From Candidatus Iainarchaeum sp. (GTDB lineage: Archaea; Iainarchaeota; Iainarchaeia; Iainarchaeales; UBA10219): DNA of 64,000 nt. Positions 55,893-64,000 of this stretch are shown in pieces. Position 1 is the first letter of the stretch. Every line of letters starts with the position of its first letter. The translations under genes were made by a program, and so were the position numbers. The notes below the pieces were generated by a model. That model had not been told where the DNA came from. It did no database searches and saw only the letters and a program-made list of their open reading frames with translations. The stretch is from positions 19,853 to 83,852 of the forward strand of contig JAGVWE010000007.1 in assembly GCA_018304425.1 (NCBI GenBank). The letters run 5' to 3'.

Positions 55893-56459
55893 GTGGAATT
55901 CGTTACCTTGTTCCTGTTGGAACTCGTGGGAGCCCTGTTGCTGGGGCACGCCGCATTGGCCGTGTACAAGCCGGCCGGCGGCCGGGGAAAGGCGTTTGCC
56001 GGCCTAGCCGGGGCCAGCCGTGTTTCCCGTGGGCTCGCCGCCGACCCACTGGCAGTTGATCCCCCCGTGATTCAACCGCATTACAAGACGATTGGCACCA
56101 ACGGCCACAAGCTCGAGGAAAAGCTGCGGGACATGGCTTCCCTGCAGCGCGCGTTGGCGGAAAAGGTCTCCATGGCCCATCAGCGGTTGTCGGACGTCGA
56201 GCGCGGCCTGGTCCTGCGCGAGGCCCGCGCCGAGGACGCGGTCAACCGGAAACTCACCAAGCTCGAGAACTTCCGCGCCAACACGGAAGTCGAACTGCTC
56301 GCGTTGAAGGAAATCCTGGACGAGATGAGCAAGTCGGCCGCGGCATCCGACACCGGCAAGTACCGGAAGAAAATCGAGGCAGTGGACAAGAACCTCAAGG
56401 ACCTGGAAAAGGACCTCCACAAAATCATTTACAACCGCTCCAAGCCGGAGAGCTCCTGA
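55893..56459 (+). CDS. Membrane-anchored coiled-coil protein
   Basis: N-terminal TM and heptad-rich body. Confidence 0.65.
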   Translation: MEFVTLFLLELVGALLLGHAALAVYKPAGGRGKAFAGLAGASRVSRGLAADPLAVDPPVIQPHYKTIGTNGHKLEEKLRDMASLQRALAEKVSMAHQRLSDVERGLVLREARAEDAVNRKLTKLENFRANTEVELLALKEILDEMSKSAAASDTGKYRKKIEAVDKNLKDLEKDLHKIIYNRSKPESS

Positions 56460-57050
56460 ATGCCTGGCCGCCCAAGAAGCACGGAGATACCCTGCCCGAA
56501 CTGTTCCAAGAAAGCCTGGTTCGTTGAAGTCTCGCATGACGTGCCCCACTTCGGCCGAACCCTCTTCACGACCGTGGACTGCCCGCACTGCGGCTTCAGG
56601 TTGTCGGACGTGCTTCCCGCGGAATTCCACGACCCGACCTGTTTCACGGCCGAAGTGAAGAAGCCCAGGGACCTGGAAACGAAAATCATTCGAAGCAGTT
56701 CCGGCATCCTGAAAATCTCGAAGCTCGGCGTGTCCGTCGAGCCCGGCAACGCGGCCGAGGGCTTCATCTCCAACGTCGAGGGCCTGTTGGACCGCGTGGA
56801 AGCCGCCTTGAAGGCCATTGCCTTCGATGCCGGCAGCCCGGCCAGGAAGGCGGCGGAAAAGAAGCTCAAGCAAATCCAGCGCGCCAGGCAGGGCAAGCTC
56901 GCCTTCACGGTTACCCTGTCAGATCCCTTCGGCAATTCGGGCATGGTCGGTTTCCACGTCAAGCAGCGGAAACTGTCGGCCAGCGAAGTCAAGAAACTCC
57001 AGACCGGCCTCTCGGTGCTCGAACTGCGGCCGCGCCCGGAAGCGAACTAG
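56460..57050 (+). CDS. ZPR1 zinc-finger protein
   Basis: CPNC...PHFG...CPHCGF, EGFISNVEG, DPFGNS. Confidence 0.9.
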   Translation: MPGRPRSTEIPCPNCSKKAWFVEVSHDVPHFGRTLFTTVDCPHCGFRLSDVLPAEFHDPTCFTAEVKKPRDLETKIIRSSSGILKISKLGVSVEPGNAAEGFISNVEGLLDRVEAALKAIAFDAGSPARKAAEKKLKQIQRARQGKLAFTVTLSDPFGNSGMVGFHVKQRKLSASEVKKLQTGLSVLELRPRPEAN

Positions 57051-57736
57051 TCCTTTTCCTTCTTCTGCCAGGTCTCGCGCTTTTTCTTGTCCGCGGAAAG
57101 GTTTCGCACGTGCTTGGCCGCGATGGAGGCCGCCCCGACTACCGGCTCCAGGTCATCTCCCTTGACCATGAATTCCACGCCCTTGCTTTTCACTTTCAGG
57201 GGGCTGCCGTCAACGACTATCCGGTGTTTTTCGTCGAGGGCCTCGAAGAAGCCCAGCATGGCGTCCACGGCCTTTGCCTCGATGTCGTTGAGCGTGTGCC
57301 CCTTGCGCCGGAGGCGGTCCACGTACTCGGAGTTCAAGGAGAAAACAAGGTTGGCCAGCGAGTGCTCCGTGACCAAATCGTATTTGGCCGCGACATCGGA
57401 GGTCTTCTTGCTGTCCCGCAGCTCGCGCAACCGGTTGGTTGGGCCGAGCACGGACGCGATGACGAAGGGCCCGGAGTCCTCGCCCCTGCCGGTCTCGTCC
57501 ACCCCGATGACCATGGAGTCCGCCAGGCCCAGGCCTTCCAACAGCACCTTCTTGACTTCGGCGTGGTCCCTGCCCTGGATGGTGAGCTTGCCGGTGTGGT
57601 AAAGCGTGAGGGTGCTCGCGCCCATCCGGCAGCGGAGTTCCTCGAACTCGTTCTTGGTTTCCAGGGAGGGGAAGAGCGAGAGGAACTTCTTGATTGGTTC
57701 CTTTTCGTGTTTGCCGAAGTTCAGGACCGCCTGCAT
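57047..57736 (-). CDS. Type 2 ribonuclease H with RNase HIII-like N-terminal domain
   Basis: LYHTGKLTIQG N-domain; IGVDETGRG, RDSKK, VVDG, AASIAAK. Confidence 0.8.
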   Translation of the reverse strand: MQAVLNFGKHEKEPIKKFLSLFPSLETKNEFEELRCRMGASTLTLYHTGKLTIQGRDHAEVKKVLLEGLGLADSMVIGVDETGRGEDSGPFVIASVLGPTNRLRELRDSKKTSDVAAKYDLVTEHSLANLVFSLNSEYVDRLRRKGHTLNDIEAKAVDAMLGFFEALDEKHRIVVDGSPLKVKSKGVEFMVKGDDLEPVVGAASIAAKHVRNLSADKKKRETWQKKEKD

Positions 57737-57740
57737 GCCA

Positions 57741-58190
57741 TCAACCGTCGAGCAGGGCATCCGTCAGGTCGTCCGCGGAATCCTCTTCCAGGCGCTTCTC
57801 GAAGTCCTTGCCGTACACCTTCTTCAAGTAGTATTCTTTCATGACTTCCTGCTGGACCGCGGGCATGCGCTCGATGCGCTTCAAGGCGTCCTGGGGCAGC
57901 TTGCCCACCATGCTGCGCGCCTTTTCCGCCTTCAACGCGGCCACATGGCCTTCGAGTCTGGCGATGAACTGGGTTTTCGCGTTCATGCCCTTCAACTGCG
58001 TGTACCTTTCCAGGAGCTTCCGGCGTTGTTCTTCGGGGAACGAGTCCATGAATTCCGTGTGCTGGGCCATGGCCTGCTTGGCTTCCAGGATTTTCCGCTC
58101 CCTATGCCAGTAAGAGCCGCGGCCGACGAAGAACGCGAAATAGTCGGTCAAGCCCTTGAAGGGCTTCAAGGCCAGGGGGTTGTCAATCAT
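57741..58190 (-). CDS. Hypothetical protein
   Basis: Host-like codon use, operon packing. Confidence 0.7.
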   Translation of the reverse strand: MIDNPLALKPFKGLTDYFAFFVGRGSYWHRERKILEAKQAMAQHTEFMDSFPEEQRRKLLERYTQLKGMNAKTQFIARLEGHVAALKAEKARSMVGKLPQDALKRIERMPAVQQEVMKEYYLKKVYGKDFEKRLEEDSADDLTDALLDG

Positions 58191-58257
58191 GGTCGCGCCA
58201 ATACCTTGATGCCTTTCCGATTAATAAGCTTTGTCCGCCAAAAAACCGAACCAAGGC

Positions 58258-59202
58258 CTATATCCAGCCCACTCTTTTGAACCAGTAATAGGTGAGGGTC
58301 GTGAGCAGGGCCATGGTCACCATGATGTACCAGAAGTTGATTTCCGGTAGGCCCGGGAAGTTCATGCCCCCTATGCTGGCCAGGAGGTTGGGCACCATGG
58401 TGATGCTGACCGCTACGGTCAAGACCTTCATGACGTCATTCGTTGCGTTCGCGTTCGCCAGCAGGTAGCCTTCCATGGCCCGGTTGTTGACTTCCCGGTA
58501 CATCTCGATGAGTTCAAGGTCGCGGATGACGTGGTCCTGCACGTCCCGGAAATAGGGCAGGGTCTTGGAGCTTATTTCGTCGTACTCGGCCTTGACGACG
58601 TTGACCAGGGTTTCCTCCATGGGCCACATGCCTCGCTCCAGTTCATAGAGTTCGCGCTTGAACTTGAACAGCTTTTTCAGCGTTTCCTTCGAGTAATCGT
58701 TGACCGCCAGCTCTTCCAGTTCCACCACGCGCTCGTTGAGCTTTTCCAGCGCGGGCACATAGTCGTCCACTACCTGGTCAAGCAGCGAGTAAAACAGGAA
58801 CGAGGCGTCCGAGTGCAGGATTTTCGGCTTTTTTTGGCGGATGCGTTCGGCGACCGGTTCGAGGTTGACTTCGGCTTTGTGGACGCTGATGACGTAGTCT
58901 TTGCCGAGGAAAAAGCTGGCCTGGCTTTTCTTGACTTTCTCGCTTTCGATGACGAGGGCGTTCACGATGATGAACAAGTGGCTGCCATAGTCTTCGACTT
59001 TTGGCCGGTGCCCGCCGTGCGTCGCGTCCTCTATGGCGAGGTGGTGGAGGTGCAGGGCCTTGTCCAGGGCCTCGAGTTCGTCGCCGGCCCCATCCCACAA
59101 GTCAAGCCAGTAGTTGTAGCCCCGTGGCCGTTCGTTCAAGAACTGGTGGAGGCTCAACTCGATGACTTCTTCCTCGTTGTAGCCCAGGATGCGGGAGGCC
59201 AT
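58258..59202 (-). CDS. corA: CorA Mg/Co transporter
   Basis: HHLAIED, RPKVE, YFRDVQDH, GMNF motif with two C-terminal TMs. Confidence 0.92.
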   Translation of the reverse strand: MASRILGYNEEEVIELSLHQFLNERPRGYNYWLDLWDGAGDELEALDKALHLHHLAIEDATHGGHRPKVEDYGSHLFIIVNALVIESEKVKKSQASFFLGKDYVISVHKAEVNLEPVAERIRQKKPKILHSDASFLFYSLLDQVVDDYVPALEKLNERVVELEELAVNDYSKETLKKLFKFKRELYELERGMWPMEETLVNVVKAEYDEISSKTLPYFRDVQDHVIRDLELIEMYREVNNRAMEGYLLANANATNDVMKVLTVAVSITMVPNLLASIGGMNFPGLPEINFWYIMVTMALLTTLTYYWFKRVGWI

Positions 59203-59267
59203 GCCAGATGACAAGTGCAAGGAGGTTAATAAACCTGCTTAAAAGCCTTTTGTGGCCTGTTTTAGGC

Positions 59268-59819
59268 ATGTGTTGGCTGGGCTGGGCCTTGCTTGCCTTG
59301 CTGGCCTTGGCCGGATGTTCCCAGGCGGGAGCAGGCCAGCCGCCAGGGAATGAAGGGAATGCATTGAAGCTGAAAGTGGATGGCTTTGGGGTCGGCGAAG
59401 AAATTCCCGCGCGGTTCACCTGCGATGGAGCCGACGAGCGCCCCGACTTTTCGTGGTCGGAGGCCCCGGAAGGCACGAAGTCATTTGCCTTGTCCGTCAT
59501 CGACTACGACGTCCCCAAGCAGGCGCGCGCCGACGGAATTTGGGCGCACTGGCTGGTCAAGGACCTTCCGGCGCGCGTCACGCAAGTCAAGGGAAGGGAA
59601 AAACTGCCCGTCGGCGCGGTGGAAGTCGCGAACGACTTCGGGCGCGGCGCGTGGGGCGGCCCCTGCCCGCCCGACCGAAGGCACAACTATTACTTCCGCG
59701 TCTACGCGTTGAAGGTCGAGAAGCTCGGCGGCGTGGACTTGGATGACTTCCACGAGCGCGCGAAGGCCCAGTCGCTGGCGGTCGCGGAAGTCGTGGCCAG
59801 CTACGAGCGGAAGAAATGA
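59268..59819 (+). CDS. YbhB/YbcL (PEBP) family lipoprotein
   Basis: LAGC lipobox, FTCDG, HW, WGGPCPP, HNYYFRVYAL. Confidence 0.9.
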   Translation: MCWLGWALLALLALAGCSQAGAGQPPGNEGNALKLKVDGFGVGEEIPARFTCDGADERPDFSWSEAPEGTKSFALSVIDYDVPKQARADGIWAHWLVKDLPARVTQVKGREKLPVGAVEVANDFGRGAWGGPCPPDRRHNYYFRVYALKVEKLGGVDLDDFHERAKAQSLAVAEVVASYERKK

Positions 59820-59835
59820 ACCGGGAGGCGTGGAG

Positions 59836-60081
59836 ATGGAACTGTCAACCAATTCCCTGATTTTGTGCCTGCGGGCCTTGGACAAGGAGAAACGGGCGCT
59901 TGAGGAATCGATTGCCGCCGGCACACTATCCGATGAAGAGGCGGATGCGGCGGGCCAGGACGTGCTCGACCTGATGAAGGCCCTCGCAGAGGTCGGCACA
60001 CAATATGAGGCCGCGCGCAAGGCAAACAAGCGCCTCGACCTGCTGCCCGTGGACGACTTGTTCAAAGCGCTCGAGCGATGA
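59836..60081 (+). CDS. Hypothetical protein
   Basis: GGAGG upstream; 81-aa acidic helical ORF. Confidence 0.6.
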   Translation: MELSTNSLILCLRALDKEKRALEESIAAGTLSDEEADAAGQDVLDLMKALAEVGTQYEAARKANKRLDLLPVDDLFKALER

Positions 60082-60140
60082 AGGCCGGGGCGCAAGCGGA
60101 GGCCGGAACGTATTTATACAGGTTGAACGCCATTAATCGC

Positions 60141-60547
60141 ATGCGTTGCATCGTCAAGGAAAATCTCTTGAAAAACGTCTTACTCCTGGTCTTGTTGGCC
60201 GCCTCCTATTCCCGGTCGCGGAATTTCTGGGGCGCACCCGGTTGGCCACCGACTTGCCGCTGGCCGGGGACGTGCTGGTCGCCGTTTCCATCATTGCCGT
60301 CATCGCCTGCTTTGGAAACTTCGCGTTCACGTACGAGAAGGTCGGCGCCTCGGTCCGGCACCGCTTGATTGCCCACTTGTTGTCGGGAATCCTGATGTAC
60401 GTCATTGGCGTTTCCCTGATTTTCACGCATTTCCTGCTGGCCTTCCTGATGGGCCCCTTCTTCGTCGTGGACCTGGCGCTTGCCCTGCTGTACGTGGCCA
60501 GCGTCCTCTACGACTTCTGGGACCTGTTCCGGATGCATGGGCCCTGA
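60141..60547 (+). pseudogene. Membrane protein split by a frameshift near 60207-60211
   Basis: First TM (KNVLLLVLLAAS) in frame of ATG 60141; remaining three TMs in another frame. Confidence 0.55.
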
Positions 60548-60567
60548 GCGCCCACGCGGTGGTAGGC

Positions 60568-60831
60568 CTACTTTTTGTGGAACCGCTTCAGCCACTCCTG
60601 CTTGAGCCAGGGCATGGTCGCCTGCTGGAGGGGGAACGCGCCGGCGGAGAGGAGGGCGTTCAGGTAGGGGTCGGGTGCCTTGGTGAGGAGGAGGAAGTAG
60701 AGGACGACGAGGAACGTGGCCGTGGAAAGCACCAGGAGCCGGGTCTTGCTGGTCTCCCAGGCCTTGTCTCCTTCCACGCGCCGGTTGCGCTCCTTGATTC
60801 CGTCGAGGGCCCGCCTGGTTTCGGTATCCAT
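60568..60831 (-). CDS. Small membrane protein
   Basis: IKERNRRVEGDKAWETS followed by hydrophobic helices. Confidence 0.7.
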   Translation of the reverse strand: MDTETRRALDGIKERNRRVEGDKAWETSKTRLLVLSTATFLVVLYFLLLTKAPDPYLNALLSAGAFPLQQATMPWLKQEWLKRFHKK

Positions 60832-60841
60832 GCTTTCACGC

Positions 60842-60964
60842 TCACTTCATGTACCTTTTCTTTAACTTGGCCAGAGTCAGGGTTTTTGTCTTGCCTGTGT
60901 GGATTTCTCGCATTTCCATTTCAATGCCTTTGCTTACCCGCCGCACTTCTTCTTTGTCGAGCAT
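60842..60964 (-). CDS. 40-aa micro-ORF resembling an antitoxin C-terminus
   Basis: MLDKEEVRRVSKGIEMEMREIHTGKTKTLTLAKLKKRYMK*, GGAGG upstream. Confidence 0.45.
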   Translation of the reverse strand: MLDKEEVRRVSKGIEMEMREIHTGKTKTLTLAKLKKRYMK

Positions 60965-60992
60965 TGAGGCCTCCGTAAATCGAATGAAAAGT

Positions 60993-61056
60993 GGCTCAGG
61001 GTTGGGTTAACTCATCGTCCCCACGCGGGTCAGAAGGTGTTAACGTCATCATCGCC
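60993..61056 (-). ncRNA. Box C/D guide sRNA
   Basis: GGC-G-ATGATGA-12nt-CTGA-CCCGCGTGGGG-ACGATGA-12nt-CTGA-GCC: canonical C, D', C', D boxes, 12-nt guides and terminal stem. Confidence 0.8.
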
Positions 61057-61094
61057 GTCTGATGTGGTAGGTGGTACCGTTTAAGTTTGTATGG

Positions 61095-62033
61095 TTATGG
61101 CCGGTCTTTAGCGGTTGTGGCTCCTTTGGAGGAGATGCCGACCACTTTGAATTCGGCTCGCACCTTCTTTTTGGCGAAGGCTTCAACCATGGCTTTTCCG
61201 ATTTGTCGGCCCTTTTGCTTGGCTTCCGTGAGCGCGAAGACGGTGGGGCCTGAACCGCTGATGGAGCATCCAAGGGCACCCGCTTCCAGGGCCGCGTTTT
61301 TTACCTGGTCGAATCCCGGAATCAGGTGTTTTCTGGCTGGTTCGATGACCGCGTCGCAAATGGATTCCCCGACCAATCGAATGTTCTTCGTGCAAACCCC
61401 GGTCACAATGCCTGCGAGATGGGCGGTGTTCCAGACCATTTTTTCGAGTGCCACTTGCCTGGGCAGGATGGCCCTTGCCGTCTTGGTCGAAATGCTTAGG
61501 TCGGGATGGGTGACAACCGCGTAAGCATGCAGTGAACCCAGCGGGATGACCTGCAAGGGCTTCATGTTCTTTATGAGCACGAAACCGCCCAGCATGCTGG
61601 GCGCAACGTTGTCTGCGTGGAAACCGCTTACGGTGGCCTCGGATTTCAGGCAAGCCGGCAACAAGGCTCTTTTATCCAGCCTTTTTTCCGCCAACCGGTT
61701 TATGGCATACGCCGCCGCCACGGCGCTGGCTGCGCTGCTGCCGAGCCCCGAGCCAATCGGCAGCCCCTTTTCCAGCGTCAATTCTGCCCCCCAGTCCTTT
61801 GCTTGCCTCAGCAATCGCAGGGTCTCCTTTGCCGCAATGCCTGCACAGTTTTTGTCAACGTCGTAGGGAAGCTTTCCGCCGTCGCCCCTGATTTTGGTGA
61901 TTCTGATTCCGGGTTCGCTTGACTTTTTGGCGGTGACCCTGTCGCCCAGTTCTTCCAACGCAAATCCAAGGCAGTCGAACCCGGGGCCGACGTTGGCCAC
62001 GGTTGCCGGCCCGAAACAAGTTACTTTGTTCAT
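61095..62033 (-). CDS. thrB: Homoserine kinase
   Basis: PATVANVGPGFDCLG, PIGSGLGSSAAS, HADNVAP, ISGSGPT. Confidence 0.95.
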   Translation of the reverse strand: MNKVTCFGPATVANVGPGFDCLGFALEELGDRVTAKKSSEPGIRITKIRGDGGKLPYDVDKNCAGIAAKETLRLLRQAKDWGAELTLEKGLPIGSGLGSSAASAVAAAYAINRLAEKRLDKRALLPACLKSEATVSGFHADNVAPSMLGGFVLIKNMKPLQVIPLGSLHAYAVVTHPDLSISTKTARAILPRQVALEKMVWNTAHLAGIVTGVCTKNIRLVGESICDAVIEPARKHLIPGFDQVKNAALEAGALGCSISGSGPTVFALTEAKQKGRQIGKAMVEAFAKKKVRAEFKVVGISSKGATTAKDRP

Positions 62034-63307
62034 TTCAATGCCTGCCTGATTTTGCTGATTGTGGGCGCAATGATCAATGGTTTATTCGCGTACTTGCTTG
62101 GCGCGGGTATTCCCTTTGAGTGATAATCCAGCGTGGCTTGCGGGTCTTTCAAGAGGTTTCCCGTGAGAATGCCCACCACGCTTTCGTCTTTTTTGATTAC
62201 GCCCTTTTTGACCAATTTCCGGATGCCGGCAACGGTGCACGCGGAAGCGGGCTCGCATCCGATGCCGCAACCGTCCACGACTGCTTTGGCGTCCATGATT
62301 TCCGTTTCCCCGACCTGTTCAACCACGCCTTTCGTGAACTGAATGGTTTTCACGGCCTTGGCGTAATTGATGGGGCTTCCAATCCGGATGGCGGTTGCAA
62401 GGGTTTCCGGCGCAAGCACCGTTATTTTTTCCTTGAAATCCGTCAAATAGCTTTGATAAAAGGGGTTGCTGCCCGCCGCCTGAATGACCGCCACCCGGGG
62501 AACCCGGTGGATGAGTTTGGATTCCTTTAATTCCGCCAAGGCTTTGCCGAAGGCCGCCGTATTCCCAAGGTTTCCGCCGGGCACCACAATCCAGTCGGGT
62601 GCCTGCCAGCCCCGTTGCTGCAACAACTCGAACACGATGGTTTTTTGTCCCTCCAAGCGGAACGGGTTCAATGAGTTTAATGGATAGAAACCCAGTTTTG
62701 GTGCCAGCTCCTTCACGATGCGCATGGCATCGTCAAAATTTCCATTGATTTGAATGGTTTTTGCGCCATAGGCAAGCGACTGACTCAGTTTCCCCAAAGC
62801 GATTTCGCCCTTTGGAATGAATACGACCGCTTTGAGGCCGCCTAGGGCGGCGTAAGCCGCCATCGATGCCGCCGTGTTTCCCGTCGAAGCGCAGACCACC
62901 GTTTTCGCGTTGAAGAATATTGCCATGCTCGTTCCAACCGTCATGCCCCGGTCCTTGAAGGAACCGGTCGGGTTTTCGCCCTCGTGCTTGGCCCACACTT
63001 TTTCGATTCCACAGTAGTGTGATAATCTTCTGTGGCGGTACTGGCGCGTGTTTCCCTCTGCTCGGCTAACAACGCATTCAGTTGGCAGGGGCGGTAAGAG
63101 TTCCTTAAACCGCCAAACCCCGCTTGAGCGGCCTTGTGCTTCGGCAAGGCGCTCGTCAAATAATTGCCTGGACAAGCGCTGCCGGTTCTTTTGCGGGCTC
63201 AACGAAACCTCCAATAAGCCCCCACAATCGCACACCCATCGGGTTCTCGTGCTTGCATGGGACTTCCCGCATTCGATGCAAACAAGCCGGATTCCCTTCA
63301 TTGTCAC
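62030..63307 (-). CDS. thrC: Threonine synthase
   Basis: KHEGENPTGSFKDRG, ASTGNT, PGGNLGN, TGNLLKD. Confidence 0.95.
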   Translation of the reverse strand: MTMKGIRLVCIECGKSHASTRTRWVCDCGGLLEVSLSPQKNRQRLSRQLFDERLAEAQGRSSGVWRFKELLPPLPTECVVSRAEGNTRQYRHRRLSHYCGIEKVWAKHEGENPTGSFKDRGMTVGTSMAIFFNAKTVVCASTGNTAASMAAYAALGGLKAVVFIPKGEIALGKLSQSLAYGAKTIQINGNFDDAMRIVKELAPKLGFYPLNSLNPFRLEGQKTIVFELLQQRGWQAPDWIVVPGGNLGNTAAFGKALAELKESKLIHRVPRVAVIQAAGSNPFYQSYLTDFKEKITVLAPETLATAIRIGSPINYAKAVKTIQFTKGVVEQVGETEIMDAKAVVDGCGIGCEPASACTVAGIRKLVKKGVIKKDESVVGILTGNLLKDPQATLDYHSKGIPAPSKYANKPLIIAPTISKIRQALK

Positions 63308-63376
63308 GCCAGCATCGCCATATAGACTAGCGGTATTACCGTTTAAGTTCGTTTGGGTGGGGTGAGACTTATCGCT

Positions 63377-63544
63377 TCATTTCAGTATCTTGTAGTCCCC
63401 GTCGTTCCCGATAATCCGCGTGTAGTGTTCGGTCTGGTCGACCGCGATTTTGCCGCATTTGCAGGGGCTGAAGGTGCCGCGCAAATCCCCTTCGATGACC
63501 TGCTTGCAGTGCGTGCACTTGAGTTTCGTCTTTTTGGGGTTCAT
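63377..63544 (-). CDS. Small Zn-ribbon protein (55 aa, below ORF track cutoff)
   Basis: MNPKKTKLKCTHCKQVIEG...CKCGKIAVD. Confidence 0.7.
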   Translation of the reverse strand: MNPKKTKLKCTHCKQVIEGDLRGTFSPCKCGKIAVDQTEHYTRIIGNDGDYKILK

Positions 63545-63558
63545 GTTGCCACGCTCCG

Positions 63559-64000
63559 TTACTCGTTTTCCAACGCATGCAGGTATTGTTTCTTGAACCG
63601 CCTCACGAGGCGGACGGCCAATGCCCGTGCATTATTGTTGTAATGGCATTTCTCTAGGGCGTTGAAGTATTGCTGTTTTTCCTTGGTTTTGATGTCTATC
63701 ATGGCGTAGCCGTGCTTATTGAGGACGAAGTTCATGACGATGCGGGCGGTCCGGCCGTTGCCGTCCTGAAACGGGTGGATGCGCACGAGTTTCCAATGAG
63801 CCCAGGCCGCCAATTCCAGCGGGCACAACTCTTTTTTCAGCTTCTGGTACTCTTGAAAATAGTTCTTCATGTCGGGAAGGACGTATTGCGGTGGCGTGAG
63901 CTCGAACCGGGAACCGCTCACCCTGTTTTGGTGCGTCTTGTATTGGCCGGCGATTTTCGGCTTGGTGTCCTTGAAGTACATTTTGTGGATTTTCAGCGCG
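63559..64000 (-). CDS. Fic family protein, C-terminal part (runs off window end)
   Basis: Canonical HPFQDGNGRTAR motif. Confidence 0.92.
   Translation of the reverse strand, partial: ALKIHKMYFKDTKPKIAGQYKTHQNRVSGSRFELTPPQYVLPDMKNYFQEYQKLKKELCPLELAAWAHWKLVRIHPFQDGNGRTARIVMNFVLNKHGYAMIDIKTKEKQQYFNALEKCHYNNNARALAVRLVRRFKKQYLHALENE

Overview
GC-rich archaeal chromosomal window. Archaeal markers: GatDE, archaeal-type AsnRS/ProRS, diphthine-ammonia ligase, ZPR1, ATP-dependent DNA ligase, BHB-type tRNA introns and a box C/D sRNA. Gene content and style suggest a DPANN lineage such as Iainarchaeota or Micrarchaeota (inference only). Housekeeping blocks are aspS-asnS, gatE/gatD, lig, proC-proA-proB-csaA, proS, trmJ, tatD, an RNase H, corA and thrCB. 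They surround a ~15 kb accessory hotspot (21.4-36.8 kb) centred on a 1270-aa Cys-rich surface protein. The main signal lies downstream of that gene. Its 3' end, encoding a PEF-CTERM-like anchor (NTLNVIPEYD + TM + RR), recurs four more times, and each copy separates one self-promoted cassette (ATPase, VapBC, AbiEi/AbiEii, VapBC). The halves either side of a conserved 40-bp core are shuffled like attL/attR hybrids, yet no integrase is present in the window. Upstream of the gene, a parallel array uses tRNA-Pro(TGG) copies to delimit single ATPase cassettes; one copy carries an intron that fits the GGG isoacceptor. A third duplication, an unknown divergent gene pair, brackets a RelBE module after proS. 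Other points: an atypical tRNA-Asn-like gene with two regulators between gatE and gatD, a start-less proC, and many TA modules. All family calls come from motif recognition by eye, not database searches.
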